Source of the DNA: an uncultured Myxococcales bacterium
GTDB taxonomy: Bacteria; Myxococcota; B64-G9
Reading direction: 5' to 3'
DNA length: 53,743 bases
Assembly (NCBI GenBank): GCA_964431605.1
Contig: CAYSLH010000004.1
Span: 1 to 53,743, forward strand
Shown here: positions 10,632 to 19,987 of the stretch, piece by piece
How positions within the stretch are numbered: the stretch's first letter is position 1
Layout of the letters: every line of letters begins with the position of its first letter
Made by a program: the position numbers and the translations under genes
Notes under the pieces: generated by a model
Seen by the model: the letters and a program-made list of their open reading frames with translations, nothing else
What the model was told of the DNA's origin: nothing
Database searches by the model: none

Positions 10632-11864
10632 ATGGAATTTGAAAACCTTAGACACGCTCTCGAATCGGGCGACACGGAAAAAGCAATCGGCATCTACAGG
10701 CTGGCCGACACCACGGGGAAGCTACAAAAGTTACCCCCGTCATTACTGGCGGACTTGGCCATGGTGCTGGAAAATGCACAGATGGAACTCGAGTCTGCAC
10801 ACTTGTTTCGCCTTGCGGCCGAAAAAACTACAGATGCCGGGCAATCATCCGTCTGGCGATTTCATGCTGCATGTCTTCTATTAGGTCCTGCTTTCAGGCC
10901 CGAGATGGCATTGGGGATACTCAGGAGCCTGGCAGAAGACCAACACGATGCACAGGTCACCCAAAAGGCTCAGCAATTAGTCGCTTTATATGAAAACGGA
11001 GATATGAAGGCGCTGGGTGATTTTCTAAAAGCACAGGGGGTCCGCCCTCCTGAAGCTTGGAGCGAGCAGGTTCTCTCAAACAATAAACCTTCCAGGCTCG
11101 AAGGGCCAAGTAGAAGTTTTAAAACCCCTAAGTTTCTTTCTCTTGTTTTTTTCATCTCACTTTTCACTTGGCTAGCGGGCGGTTTCATGAAAGACAGGTT
11201 GGCGGGCGTGGACCGTACTTATCCGCAACTCAATTCAGCACCCAGGCAGGTAAAACTATCGGATCCCAAGCCCGAAAGATTGCGACGTGGTGACCTGAAC
11301 ATCACCCTTCATCCACTGTTCGCCTACCACATCTGTGGAATGGTAGTGAGTGTAAACACTTATTCTACTCTCGGGATGCGTTACCAGGACCTTTTTGAAC
11401 GAGATTTCTGCATGATCTGGGGTTCGAATATCTCGTCAGGTGTCTACAAAGCGCCTGGCAGTGCCTTCGAACATCATGGCAACGTTTGCTATTTCAAGTA
11501 TGGATGCAACTCAGTCTTCAACGGCAACGAACTTTCCAACAACCACATCTTTTCTCTTGATGACGAATTGATGGACGAACTGCGGTCCATCAACAAAGGC
11601 GACCAGATCTGCATGGATGGAAAACTCGTGGATGTCGCAGCAGTCCCGGCAAAAGCAACCGCAGGCATGCTGCCGGGAATAACCCGTATTCACACGAGCA
11701 CCGTTCGGACTGACAAAGGAATGGGTGCCTGCGAGATTTTGTTGGTGGAGAATCTGGACATCCTAGCCCGTGCGAACCCCCTGTGGCACATTCTTTCCAC
11801 AATGGGATTCTGGCTGTCCGTCGCATCGCTGCTGGCCATCGTAATACTTTTCATCAAACGCTAG
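10632..11864 (+). CDS. hypothetical membrane protein (helical/TPR-like N-domain, 2 TM, unknown Cys/His-containing domain)
   Basis: First ATG after the AAA+ stop. Alpha-helical N-terminal region of about 170 aa. TM at FLSLVFFISLFTWLAGGF. A domain of about 190 aa follows (HICGMVV, FCMIWGSN, HHGNVCYFKYGC), then a C-terminal TM WLSVASLLAIVILFI. I recognise no family. Confidence 0.5.
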   Translation: MEFENLRHALESGDTEKAIGIYRLADTTGKLQKLPPSLLADLAMVLENAQMELESAHLFRLAAEKTTDAGQSSVWRFHAACLLLGPAFRPEMALGILRSLAEDQHDAQVTQKAQQLVALYENGDMKALGDFLKAQGVRPPEAWSEQVLSNNKPSRLEGPSRSFKTPKFLSLVFFISLFTWLAGGFMKDRLAGVDRTYPQLNSAPRQVKLSDPKPERLRRGDLNITLHPLFAYHICGMVVSVNTYSTLGMRYQDLFERDFCMIWGSNISSGVYKAPGSAFEHHGNVCYFKYGCNSVFNGNELSNNHIFSLDDELMDELRSINKGDQICMDGKLVDVAAVPAKATAGMLPGITRIHTSTVRTDKGMGACEILLVENLDILARANPLWHILSTMGFWLSVASLLAIVILFIKR

Positions 11865-11900
11865 GGACAGAGTATTTCATCCCTCCCCGAAAGATCACAC

Positions 11901-12404
11901 TCAATGATGGTGCTCACACCCATCACACTGATCGTCAGTGCAGCCGGCATGGACAGTGGCCTGGAGTTCTTCCGGCGTGGCATTGCGAACCTCCACCACG
12001 GCAATATCAAAATGCAATTTTTTGCCGGCAAGTGGATGATTGAAATCCGCCATCACATGGTCGTCTTCCACGCTGGCTATTCGGACAGCTACCGGGCCGT
12101 GGGGACCTTGCCCCTGAAAGACCATACCAGGCTGTAAAGCCACATCGTCTGGAAAATTAGTCTTGGCAATGGGTTTGACGAGTTGCGGATCGTGCTCTCC
12201 ATATGCCTCGTGTGCTTCCACTTCGAACTTGGCCTTGTCTCCGACCTTCATGCCCATCATCTGCTTTTCAAGGCCTGGTATCAACATGCCGGAACCATAG
12301 ATGAAGCCCAAGGGGCTTCCTTTCTCCGACCTGTCCACTTCCTCACCCGAGTCGATGGTCAAGACATAATCGATGGCAACAAAAGCATTTTCAACTATAT
12401 TCAC
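11901..12404 (-). CDS. slyD: FKBP-type peptidyl-prolyl cis-trans isomerase, SlyD-like
   Basis: FKBP core (VAIDYVLTIDSGEEVDRS...GFIYGSGMLIPGLEKQMMGMKVGDKAKFEV) with an IF-insert. Cys/His-rich metal-binding tail HAGCTDDQCDGCEHHH. I chose the GTG at 12404 (GGAG 5 nt upstream); the ORF track extends to a TTG at 12452. Confidence 0.85.
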   Translation of the reverse strand: MNIVENAFVAIDYVLTIDSGEEVDRSEKGSPLGFIYGSGMLIPGLEKQMMGMKVGDKAKFEVEAHEAYGEHDPQLVKPIAKTNFPDDVALQPGMVFQGQGPHGPVAVRIASVEDDHVMADFNHPLAGKKLHFDIAVVEVRNATPEELQATVHAGCTDDQCDGCEHHH

Positions 12405-12552
12405 GCCAACTCCAATCCATGTAGGTGCTGTCGAAAGATTCGCACCGTGCAAAACTTATCTACAGCATATTAAAATTTCCTCACTTTATCCCACGACGAT
12501 ACTCGAGGGCAAGCCTTGACCAAACAGCATCTATGATGCTATCGGTTTGCCT

Positions 12553-13530
12553 ATGAAAAACGGACATTCAAAACAACTCTCGATGCTGTTGGATAAAACC
12601 CTTTCTCGCTCCCATCTTCCTTCATTGGGAGAACCCAACAGAGGCAAGGTCAGGGACGTGTACGATCTTGGGGACAAACTCCTGATCGTAACCACAGATC
12701 GCATATCAGCCTTCGACGTGGTGCTGGGCACTGTGCCGTGCAAAGGACAAGTGCTAAACTCCATAGCGGCTCATTGGTTTGAAATCACCAAAGAGATCGT
12801 TCCAAACCATGTGATATCAGTACCCGACCCCAACGCCATGCTGGTAAAAAAGCTTAGACCTTTGCCTGTAGAAGTGGTTCTAAGGCGTCATATCACCGGT
12901 TCTCTATGGAGAGACTACCAGGCTGGAAAAAGAGATTCGTATGGATTTACGTTGCCGGACGGACTAAGGGCTGATCAAAAATTCGACGAAGTAATCATCA
13001 CTCCCACTACCAAGGCCGAGTTGGGAGAACACGACGAGCCTATTTCCGAGCAAGAAATCCTCGAAAGAGGCCTGGTGAGCGACTCGATTTGGCAACAGGT
13101 AAAAAAAGCCGCCCTGAATCTCTTTGCTATGGGAGAAAAGGAAGCTGCAGACAGGGGACTAATCCTGGTGGACACCAAGTACGAATTCGGCATGGACAAA
13201 GGTAAACTTTTTGTAATGGACGAGATCCATACGCCTGATTCCAGTCGCTACTGGGAAGCCGATGAATACGAACAACGATTCGAATCAGGCAAGCCTCAGA
13301 AGATGCTGGACAAAGAAAACATCCGTCAGTGGCTCATCCAGCGTGGATTTTCCGGCCAAGGAACTCCTCCCAAGTTGACGGACGAGGTCCGGGTCGAGTT
13401 GGCTTCAACTTACCTGAACCTGCAGGAAAGGTTGACAGGCAAGCCAGCACTTTTGCCCACCCAGGATCCAGGAGCAAGGCTTTCTGACAATCTCTCCAGG
13501 GCGAATATCTCCATGGGAGAATCGAAATGA
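12553..13530 (+). CDS. purC: phosphoribosylaminoimidazole-succinocarboxamide (SAICAR) synthase
   Basis: GKVRDVYDLGDKLLIVTTDRISAFD and LILVDTKYEFG motifs; long-form PurC. ATG at 12553 (a TTG at 12547 is also in frame). Confidence 0.92.
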   Translation: MKNGHSKQLSMLLDKTLSRSHLPSLGEPNRGKVRDVYDLGDKLLIVTTDRISAFDVVLGTVPCKGQVLNSIAAHWFEITKEIVPNHVISVPDPNAMLVKKLRPLPVEVVLRRHITGSLWRDYQAGKRDSYGFTLPDGLRADQKFDEVIITPTTKAELGEHDEPISEQEILERGLVSDSIWQQVKKAALNLFAMGEKEAADRGLILVDTKYEFGMDKGKLFVMDEIHTPDSSRYWEADEYEQRFESGKPQKMLDKENIRQWLIQRGFSGQGTPPKLTDEVRVELASTYLNLQERLTGKPALLPTQDPGARLSDNLSRANISMGESK

Positions 13531-14042
13531 GATTGTTTTGCCTACTTTGTGTGCTTCCTTTTGTGATGGCAGCCACCCCTGATTTATCTGGAATCAGCCC
13601 TGATGAAAAAGACAAGGTGCCTGCCGGGGTGATCCCGGAAGGCCTGACCCCAAAGACAGAACAAGAAGCAGCACAGAGGGTTGCCGAAGTATTCATGGAC
13701 ACTTTTCTAAAAGGAGATTCCAAACCACTAGTGAGCCTTGGAACCGATCCTTTCTCATTTGCAGGTCGTAAGGTTTCAGGACCAGCCGACATCGAGAAGG
13801 AATGGGAGCAGGTTTACAAAAGGTTAGGCAAAAAGCTCCCTGACTCGGAACAGATGGAGATGGAGGTGGTGGACTATAAGGCGGCAATGGAAAAATTCGG
13901 CAAGGCTCCAGCCAAATACAAGGATCTGAAACTAAAAAAATGCTTTTTTGCACTTGTTCAATTTGCAAAAAGAAGGGGTCTTATGCTCATCTTGAACAAA
14001 GACAAAAAAGCAGGTTGGGTAGTGACTGCCGTTACTGACTAA
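13527..14042 (+). CDS. hypothetical secreted protein
   Basis: 171 aa. Signal peptide MRLFCLLCVLPFVMAA. ATGA overlap with the purC stop. No recognisable domain. Confidence 0.5.
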   Translation: MRLFCLLCVLPFVMAATPDLSGISPDEKDKVPAGVIPEGLTPKTEQEAAQRVAEVFMDTFLKGDSKPLVSLGTDPFSFAGRKVSGPADIEKEWEQVYKRLGKKLPDSEQMEMEVVDYKAAMEKFGKAPAKYKDLKLKKCFFALVQFAKRRGLMLILNKDKKAGWVVTAVTD

Positions 14043-14047
14043 ACGTA

Positions 14048-14809
14048 TCAGGGAAGCTCCACATCCGCATTTTCACCGTCTTCAGATAAACTGACCTCGG
14101 CAAAGGGTGAGTAGAATCGTCCATCAGAAAGAGGATCCAATTCCACCGCCATGGTATGCAACGTGGGAACCCCTTGAAGCACAGCAACAGGCTGTTGGGA
14201 TGAATCCACCAGGGCATGAGGAAAACGAATGTTCGCCCCCACATCCCTTACAGCAAGCCACGAACCGTCCGGTGGAGATTGTTGCCCCTTGTTGCAGGTC
14301 ACAGTGCCTGTTCCGGTCTGAACGATACTAAATTGAGGAATTTCAACAACCTCTTGGGAAGATACAGCCGAAAACTCTTCACTTTCTCCATCAAAGACAC
14401 TGACCTGGTCGCTGTCGGGATTCTCCTTCCAAAAAAGGGTAACAAAAAACTTGCAGTCCTTACATTCGGATATTTTCAAATCAACTATCAAGGTGTCGGT
14501 TCCGTCCTGCCGGTCCATAAACACCGAGGTCCCTGAAAACCCTTCGAACAATCCCGTCTCCAGGTTCAAAAGCTGCAGATCCAGGGCAAAGTCGTTACCA
14601 TAAACTCCCATGTCGAATGGTTCACCATCAAACCCTCCACCAGCCCAGGAAAGCCAACGTTGGACGGTCTGTGTATCAGTCTCTATACCCAAATCCGATA
14701 GGGATAATCTCATGGAACTCTTTTGAACGGTATGATCATACTGGGCGTCCGGGTAGCACCCTGTGGCAACGAGCACAAGCACGCTCAAAATTCCGATTGC
14801 AAAACGCAT
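14048..14809 (-). CDS. hypothetical lipoprotein
   Basis: ATG at 14809 is preceded by AAGGAGG (6-nt spacer). Lipobox LVATGC. No recognisable domain. The ORF track extends it to 14848. Confidence 0.55.
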   Translation of the reverse strand: MRFAIGILSVLVLVATGCYPDAQYDHTVQKSSMRLSLSDLGIETDTQTVQRWLSWAGGGFDGEPFDMGVYGNDFALDLQLLNLETGLFEGFSGTSVFMDRQDGTDTLIVDLKISECKDCKFFVTLFWKENPDSDQVSVFDGESEEFSAVSSQEVVEIPQFSIVQTGTGTVTCNKGQQSPPDGSWLAVRDVGANIRFPHALVDSSQQPVAVLQGVPTLHTMAVELDPLSDGRFYSPFAEVSLSEDGENADVELP

Positions 14810-14828
14810 ACCTTGCCTCCTTACCTGA

Positions 14829-15809
14829 TCATCTTCTTTCCAGCACAATCTTTAGCTGCACGTCAATGTTGTAGAACGTATTCGTATCCCCAAATATCCC
14901 AGTGTTCCAGTCCCCCTCTAACTCTGAAAATCCATTTTCTCCGTCTAACGCTGGCCCCTGTCCTGTGAAAGAAGCACCACCAGAAAGACCCAATCCACCA
15001 TCCGGCCTGCCGTTACCGATATTTATGTCATTATCTTTGCCCTGGCGACCAGTGAATCCACCATAGAGTTGGCCAGGAGTTTCACCAGTTGAATCCGATG
15101 GAGATAGCGGGTCTAAAACGACATTATTTTTCACCGTTGGCGTGCCCATCAATGCTTTCTGGTCAGGACTGAGATTCATGGCCAAAGCGCTTGGGGATTG
15201 AACAACGTCTGTGGCTGAGCGCAATGCGCTCAGGTCGGCAGCAGCCAAGGCGTTTGGGGAAGATGGGCCACCTTGCTCCACCACACTTCCTTGTCCTGCT
15301 GTCACTAGTACAGGTCGTCCACCATCTTTCGAAAAAGCTACAGTACCAGACAAGGTAGCCAATTTCACACCATTGCCAGTGGTGTACATGGCAAACTCAG
15401 TTCCCCTTACCCCTGCCACGGCATTGGAGTGTCTTATCTCGAAATCCGCTTCGGAATCAGCCACCATGTGCTTGACCAGGGCACGAACGAGCCCCTTGAC
15501 CAGATCGAATCTCGATATGCGTTTGTGCTTGGACGGCTCGAACAGGTGCTTGGTTAGACGCAGGTTGGTGTTGGCACCGAGAGAGATTATGGCATCATCG
15601 GTCAATAATACCTTGAGTCGTGCTTTCTTGCCTGTAATCAACTCATCGCCTACAAAAATCTCTTGTCCAATCCGTGCCTCCACCACATCTTTGCCCCGCA
15701 CTATCCTGGCATCTCCCCTGAAGGCCGCGACAAATCCAGCAGGAGCCGATTCGGCCAGAGCCAGGGAAGGAAATAAAAACAACACTATGGCAATTGAGCG
15801 AACATTCAT
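14829..15809 (-). CDS. FecR-domain secreted protein
   Basis: Signal peptide MNVRSIAIVLFLFPSLALA. FecR-type beta-sandwich segment (GDARIVRGKDVVEARIGQEIFVGDELITGKKARLKVLLTDDAIISLGANTNLRL). Gly-rich C-terminal region. Confidence 0.7.
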   Translation of the reverse strand: MNVRSIAIVLFLFPSLALAESAPAGFVAAFRGDARIVRGKDVVEARIGQEIFVGDELITGKKARLKVLLTDDAIISLGANTNLRLTKHLFEPSKHKRISRFDLVKGLVRALVKHMVADSEADFEIRHSNAVAGVRGTEFAMYTTGNGVKLATLSGTVAFSKDGGRPVLVTAGQGSVVEQGGPSSPNALAAADLSALRSATDVVQSPSALAMNLSPDQKALMGTPTVKNNVVLDPLSPSDSTGETPGQLYGGFTGRQGKDNDINIGNGRPDGGLGLSGGASFTGQGPALDGENGFSELEGDWNTGIFGDTNTFYNIDVQLKIVLERR

Positions 15810-15836
15810 GGTTTTCTCCCGTCTCGCTCTCAAAAA

Positions 15837-15853
15837 CTGCAGTTACTGTGCCA
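15837..15853 (-). promoter_or_regulatory. sigma-54-type (-24/-12) promoter candidate upstream of the FecR-domain gene
   Basis: The minus strand reads TGGCACAGTAACTGCAG (GG-N10-GC spacing as in TGGCAC-N5-TTGC), about 30 nt upstream of the ATG at 15809. Confidence 0.35.
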
Positions 15854-16041
15854 ACAATACAATTTCGTTTGCTAGCTCATAACCACCTAATTTCAAAAGA
15901 TCTTCTCACAATGATAAATTTCTTCGCACCAACGTCAAATCTCAGAAAACTGATAAAACCACAGATTGCTTGGGTGCAAGACCCTACTACATTCACTTAC
16001 ATTTCGTGTCAAAATACCGCATGCTACCACATATGACTCCT

Positions 16042-17631
16042 TCATAATCGCCCTGACACAGAAAACTGAAAAACGTTACGCTGGTATCGAAAAGGTGAAT
16101 TCATCAACCCGTTGGAATCGTTGTACCAAAACGACCAGGATGCAGCCACCGACAGCCACGAACTCAGACGCCAGTAAAGGCCCGCCCCTGCTGAGAAGAG
16201 ATCATCCACCCTATGGCCATTGTAGGTGGAATTCTCCGAAGAAAAATGGTCAGACCTCTGCCACCCTATCTTTGTCCAGGCTGTCAGTGGTCCAATAATC
16301 TCCACACCTGCTTTCGCCCAAGCATTCAGGCCCCAGATGTTCCATGCAGTGCCTTTTGCATCCTCGAAAACAGCACCCAATGCCAACTCCAGTTTGAGCC
16401 TTTCGGAAAAAGCATCCATCTGCTGCCTGAGCAAGACCTCGTGGCCGAAATTATCCCTATCCTGGTCTGCAAAAATCGGTTCATAGAAAAGACGCCAGTG
16501 AAAACGATATTCGATACTGCTGGCCCAGTGTCCCCCCTGAGAAAGCCTGTACCGAGCACGAGCCGTATTGCCGAGCATGAATATACCGAATCCCTTGTCC
16601 GCAGATACTCCTGTGACCCTACCAAGATCGTCCAGCATATCCAGGTCCAATAGGTACGCCAGGTCCCACCGGTCTCCACCTCGAAGCATGTGTTTGTATC
16701 CGAGCACGAATGCCACATCCGTAAGGTCCAAGTATGACGGCTTGGGCGCAGAACCAGACTGCCGATCCATGTCGAAATTGAAAGAACGATAAATACTCAA
16801 GGCTAAATCGAGTTCGTGCTTTTGCGTGGCCACGGGTGCACCCCAGGCTGCGAAGGCCACAAAGGTAGTGGGGGCGGCAGAACCCTTGGACGAATCCGTC
16901 TCCAGGGTAACATTTGTGTCGTAACCAGCCCCGGCCGATACCATCATCCCCCAACGTCCTGTTTTTACCGAACCGGGTTGCGACAAAGTCCTGAGATTTT
17001 CCCTGGCCATGATTCCCACAGTTCCAGCATCAGCTTCCGCTATTTGCCTGAATGCCATTAGCGCTTGCTTGCGTTTACCCAACTCCAGGTTCGCCATGCC
17101 CAGGTAGTAACCCGCAGATACGGAAAAACCCCCTCCAAGTTCCTGAGCCTTGCGTAAAAAAACAATAGCATCCTGATGCTTGCCCTGTTTGTACTTACAG
17201 TATCCAAGGTAATACAGTACTGAGGCGCGTTTAGCGAACTTGCCACGAATGGATTGGAGTTCTTTTTCGGCGCTGTTGAATTTTTTCTGTTTTATCAAGG
17301 CCAGGGCCAAATCGAGCCGAACCGAGGAGTTGGAAGGATCCAACTTCAGCACCTTGCGAAACAACTCCACTGCACGATTATATCTTCCGGAACTCAAAGC
17401 CACCTGACCCAAATAATAATTGGCCTGAACGTTGGATGGGTCTTGTGCAACCACAGCCTCAAAATGCTTACGGGCCTCCAACATGTCGCCTTTACTGAAA
17501 GCGATCACTCCTTTTGAGTATTCGAACTCCGATGATGCAAATACGATTGACGGAATGAACAATGTGAGAAAAACAGCCAACGTGACACCAGGACGAATGC
17601 CCATGCCATCTCTACGATCCAGTAAGCTCAT
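16042..17631 (-). CDS. TPR-repeat protein with a C-terminal beta-barrel-like domain (outer membrane)
   Basis: Signal peptide (GIRPGVTLAVFLTLFIPSIVFASS). At least 5 TPR units (AQDPSNVQANYYLGQVAL..., LDPSNSSVRLDLALALI...). The C-terminal half has alternating amphipathic strands and ends FQFSVSGRL. The start is either ATG 17631 or ATG 17604; the track extension to 17733 would overlap the aminotransferase gene. Confidence 0.6.
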   Translation of the reverse strand: MSLLDRRDGMGIRPGVTLAVFLTLFIPSIVFASSEFEYSKGVIAFSKGDMLEARKHFEAVVAQDPSNVQANYYLGQVALSSGRYNRAVELFRKVLKLDPSNSSVRLDLALALIKQKKFNSAEKELQSIRGKFAKRASVLYYLGYCKYKQGKHQDAIVFLRKAQELGGGFSVSAGYYLGMANLELGKRKQALMAFRQIAEADAGTVGIMARENLRTLSQPGSVKTGRWGMMVSAGAGYDTNVTLETDSSKGSAAPTTFVAFAAWGAPVATQKHELDLALSIYRSFNFDMDRQSGSAPKPSYLDLTDVAFVLGYKHMLRGGDRWDLAYLLDLDMLDDLGRVTGVSADKGFGIFMLGNTARARYRLSQGGHWASSIEYRFHWRLFYEPIFADQDRDNFGHEVLLRQQMDAFSERLKLELALGAVFEDAKGTAWNIWGLNAWAKAGVEIIGPLTAWTKIGWQRSDHFSSENSTYNGHRVDDLFSAGAGLYWRLSSWLSVAASWSFWYNDSNGLMNSPFRYQRNVFQFSVSGRL

Positions 17632-17666
17632 GGGAAATAATCCTAGCACCAATGGACATGTCTTCT

Positions 17667-18854
17667 CTAGGATATTTTGGACAAGAAATTTTTCAGGTGC
17701 TCCATTGCTTCTTCGATAGTATCGAGGGAACACGCAAATGAAAACCTCAGGTAGCCCGAAGCTCCGAATGCCTCTCCTGGAACAACGGCAATACGTTCAT
17801 GCTCCAGCATCAACTCGGCCAATTTCAGGGTTGATCCAATCTCGACTCCATCGAAACGTTTGTGCAAAACTCCCTCAAAAGAGGCAAAAGCATAGAACGC
17901 ACCATCAGGCTTATGGCAACTGACTCCATCCAACTCGTTCAGTCGCTGAACCATCACATCCCGGCGCCTTGCAAATTCATCCCTCATGGCCACGACCACC
18001 TCGGTCGGTCCCTCCAAGGCAGCTATGGCTGCATGCTGTACAAACGTAACCGCGTTGGATGTGGACTGGTCCTGGATCTTGCGCATGGCCATGATTATTT
18101 CGGTTGGTCCCAACGCCCATCCCAATCTCCAACCGGTCATGGAGTAAGTCTTGCTCAGTCCATTGACGATCACCGTACGATCGGCAAGCTCAGGATGCCG
18201 GACAAGAATATGCTCGGGCTTGTGCTCATAGACGAGTTTGTCATAGATATCATCGGACACTACCACCATGTCCTGCTCAACCGCGATCCGAGCCAACTCA
18301 TCCAAATCCTCACCGGATAACACCGCCCCTGAGGGGTTGGATGGACTGTTGAGAATCATCATGCGAAGGTTGTTTTGAGTAGCATTTGCCAAAGCTTGGT
18401 GGTTCAGACCAAACTCCGTACCAGGCATCGGCAACACCACCGGATTTGCATCAGCCAACAACGCCTGTGCAGGATAAGAGACCCAATAGGGAGCCTGTAA
18501 CAACAATCCATCCCCTGGTTCCAGCACGGCCTGCATGCAGTTATATAAACAATGTTTAGCCCCCAGCCCTACGATCACCTGGTCGTCTGAATACTCGACT
18601 CCAAGTTCATCACGTGCCTTATCCCTCAACACCTGGCGCAACCGAGCGATACCTGCAGAAGGAGCATAACCTGTGTGGCCATCCTCCATGGCCTGGAAAC
18701 AAGCTCTGCGAATGTGCTCCGGGGTAGGAAAATCCGGCTCACCCGCTGCCATGGGAAAGACCCTGTGGCCATCGGCCTTGAGTTCCTTGGCCTTTGCCGA
18801 AATGGCCAGAGTTGCCGATGGTTTGATCTTATCGACCCGGTTAGCAAGCCTCAT
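17667..18854 (-). CDS. pyridoxal-phosphate-dependent aminotransferase, class I (aspartate aminotransferase-like)
   Basis: 395 aa. PLP-lysine motif SKTYSMTGWRLGW. N-terminal KAKELKADGHRVFPMAAGEPDFPTP. Confidence 0.88.
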   Translation of the reverse strand: MRLANRVDKIKPSATLAISAKAKELKADGHRVFPMAAGEPDFPTPEHIRRACFQAMEDGHTGYAPSAGIARLRQVLRDKARDELGVEYSDDQVIVGLGAKHCLYNCMQAVLEPGDGLLLQAPYWVSYPAQALLADANPVVLPMPGTEFGLNHQALANATQNNLRMMILNSPSNPSGAVLSGEDLDELARIAVEQDMVVVSDDIYDKLVYEHKPEHILVRHPELADRTVIVNGLSKTYSMTGWRLGWALGPTEIIMAMRKIQDQSTSNAVTFVQHAAIAALEGPTEVVVAMRDEFARRRDVMVQRLNELDGVSCHKPDGAFYAFASFEGVLHKRFDGVEIGSTLKLAELMLEHERIAVVPGEAFGASGYLRFSFACSLDTIEEAMEHLKNFLSKIS

Positions 18855-18863
18855 ATCTTCTTC

Positions 18864-19364
18864 TCACTCTGCACATTCTGAATTTTCAGAATTCTTTTCC
18901 CTAAGTCGGTCTATTACCACCTCTGGAACCAGCCCGGAGACATCTCCGTTGAAATGAGCGACTTCCTTGACCGTCTGGGAACTGACGTAGAAATGCTCCT
19001 GGCTCGTCATCATGAAAAATGTCTCGAGGTTGGGGGCGAGCCTTCGGTTCATATGAGCCATCTGAAACTCATTCTCAAAATCACTCAATGCGCGAAGACC
19101 TCGAATGATGATGGTCGCGCCCCTTTTCTGGGCATAATCCACCAGCAGGCCCGAGAACGAATCCACTTCGACTCCGTCCATGCCCCTCATGGCTTCACTG
19201 AGCATCTCGATTCTTTCCTGTACCGTGAACATGGAGTGTTTTCTAATGTTCATGGCCACCGCGACCACCAGTCGTGGAAAAATTTTCCTCGCACGATGCA
19301 CCAAGTCCATATGTCCACAGGTAACAGGATCGAAAGAACCGGGATAAATAGCAAGGGAACTCAA
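18864..19364 (-). CDS. coaD: phosphopantetheine adenylyltransferase
   Basis: YPGSFDPVTCGHMDLV (T/HxGH nucleotidyltransferase motif). I chose the TTG at 19364, which has a perfect AGGAGG 6 nt upstream. This gives about 166 aa, the usual CoaD size. The ORF track's ATG at 19439 adds an atypical 25-aa extension. Confidence 0.9.
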   Translation of the reverse strand: MSSLAIYPGSFDPVTCGHMDLVHRARKIFPRLVVAVAMNIRKHSMFTVQERIEMLSEAMRGMDGVEVDSFSGLLVDYAQKRGATIIIRGLRALSDFENEFQMAHMNRRLAPNLETFFMMTSQEHFYVSSQTVKEVAHFNGDVSGLVPEVVIDRLREKNSENSECAE

Positions 19365-19435
19365 AGTATTCCTCCTGTCAGCTGGCTCAGGGACACGCCG
19401 AATGTTGCGGAAGGTAGCCCATGCAACCAGTGTTG

Positions 19436-19987
19436 TCAATCATCGCGGAAAAACTCATGAACCAGGGTTTGACCATAAGTCTTTACCCGGCCCAGCACCA
19501 AGCACCCTATTCGTTCCGGAAAAGAAACCCCCTTCTCAGTCTCGCAAAATACCATGGCCCGCTCAGAAAGCCATCCGGGCTCCCCGATAAGTTCCAGGCA
19601 CTTTCGTACGAGTCCGAATCCGTATGGAGGGTCCATCAAGACCAGGTCGAAGGGCTGCCTGAAGGAAGCATTTTTCAGATAACGAAGCACATCTGTTTTT
19701 ACAACTCGGGCCTTGTCCGAAAATCCACAAGACGCCAGGTTCTGCCCTATGAGCCTTGCGATCCTGGGTTCTTTGTCCACCAAAACCGCACCTGTTGCAC
19801 CACGGCTCAATGCTTCTATTGCCAGGGCTCCGGTTCCGGCAAAAAGATCAAGCACCAGTTCGCCGGGCCCCTGCGGCCCCACCAGGTCAAAAATAGCCTC
19901 CCGAACCCTATCGGAACTAGGACGCAGTATTCTTCCCTTTGGGGCCTTCAACCTTCGTCCCCGTGCTGTTCCACCGACCACCCTCAC
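19436..19987 (-). CDS. rsmD: 16S rRNA (guanine966-N2)-methyltransferase RsmD
   Basis: MRVVGGTARGRRL...RPSSDRVREAIFD, SAM motif DLFAGTGALAIEALSRGA, and the DPPY motif. Confidence 0.88.
   Translation of the reverse strand: MRVVGGTARGRRLKAPKGRILRPSSDRVREAIFDLVGPQGPGELVLDLFAGTGALAIEALSRGATGAVLVDKEPRIARLIGQNLASCGFSDKARVVKTDVLRYLKNASFRQPFDLVLMDPPYGFGLVRKCLELIGEPGWLSERAMVFCETEKGVSFPERIGCLVLGRVKTYGQTLVHEFFRDD

Noticed and set aside
7514-11900. Genomic island integrated at tRNA-Pro
   Set aside because: I found no integrase/recombinase gene, no direct repeat of the tRNA 3' end downstream, and no obvious compositional break. I kept it only as an uncharacterised gene trio.
12528-12540. Small palindrome GCATCTATGATGC upstream of purC as a PurR-type operator
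   Set aside because: It has only 5-bp arms and no resemblance to the known PurR box, so the evidence is insufficient.
19365-19439. ATG at 19439 (ATGA overlap with rsmD) as the coaD start
   Set aside because: It would add a 25-aa extension not typical of CoaD. The in-frame TTG at 19364 has a perfect AGGAGG 6 nt upstream and gives the canonical N-terminus. The longer form cannot be fully excluded.
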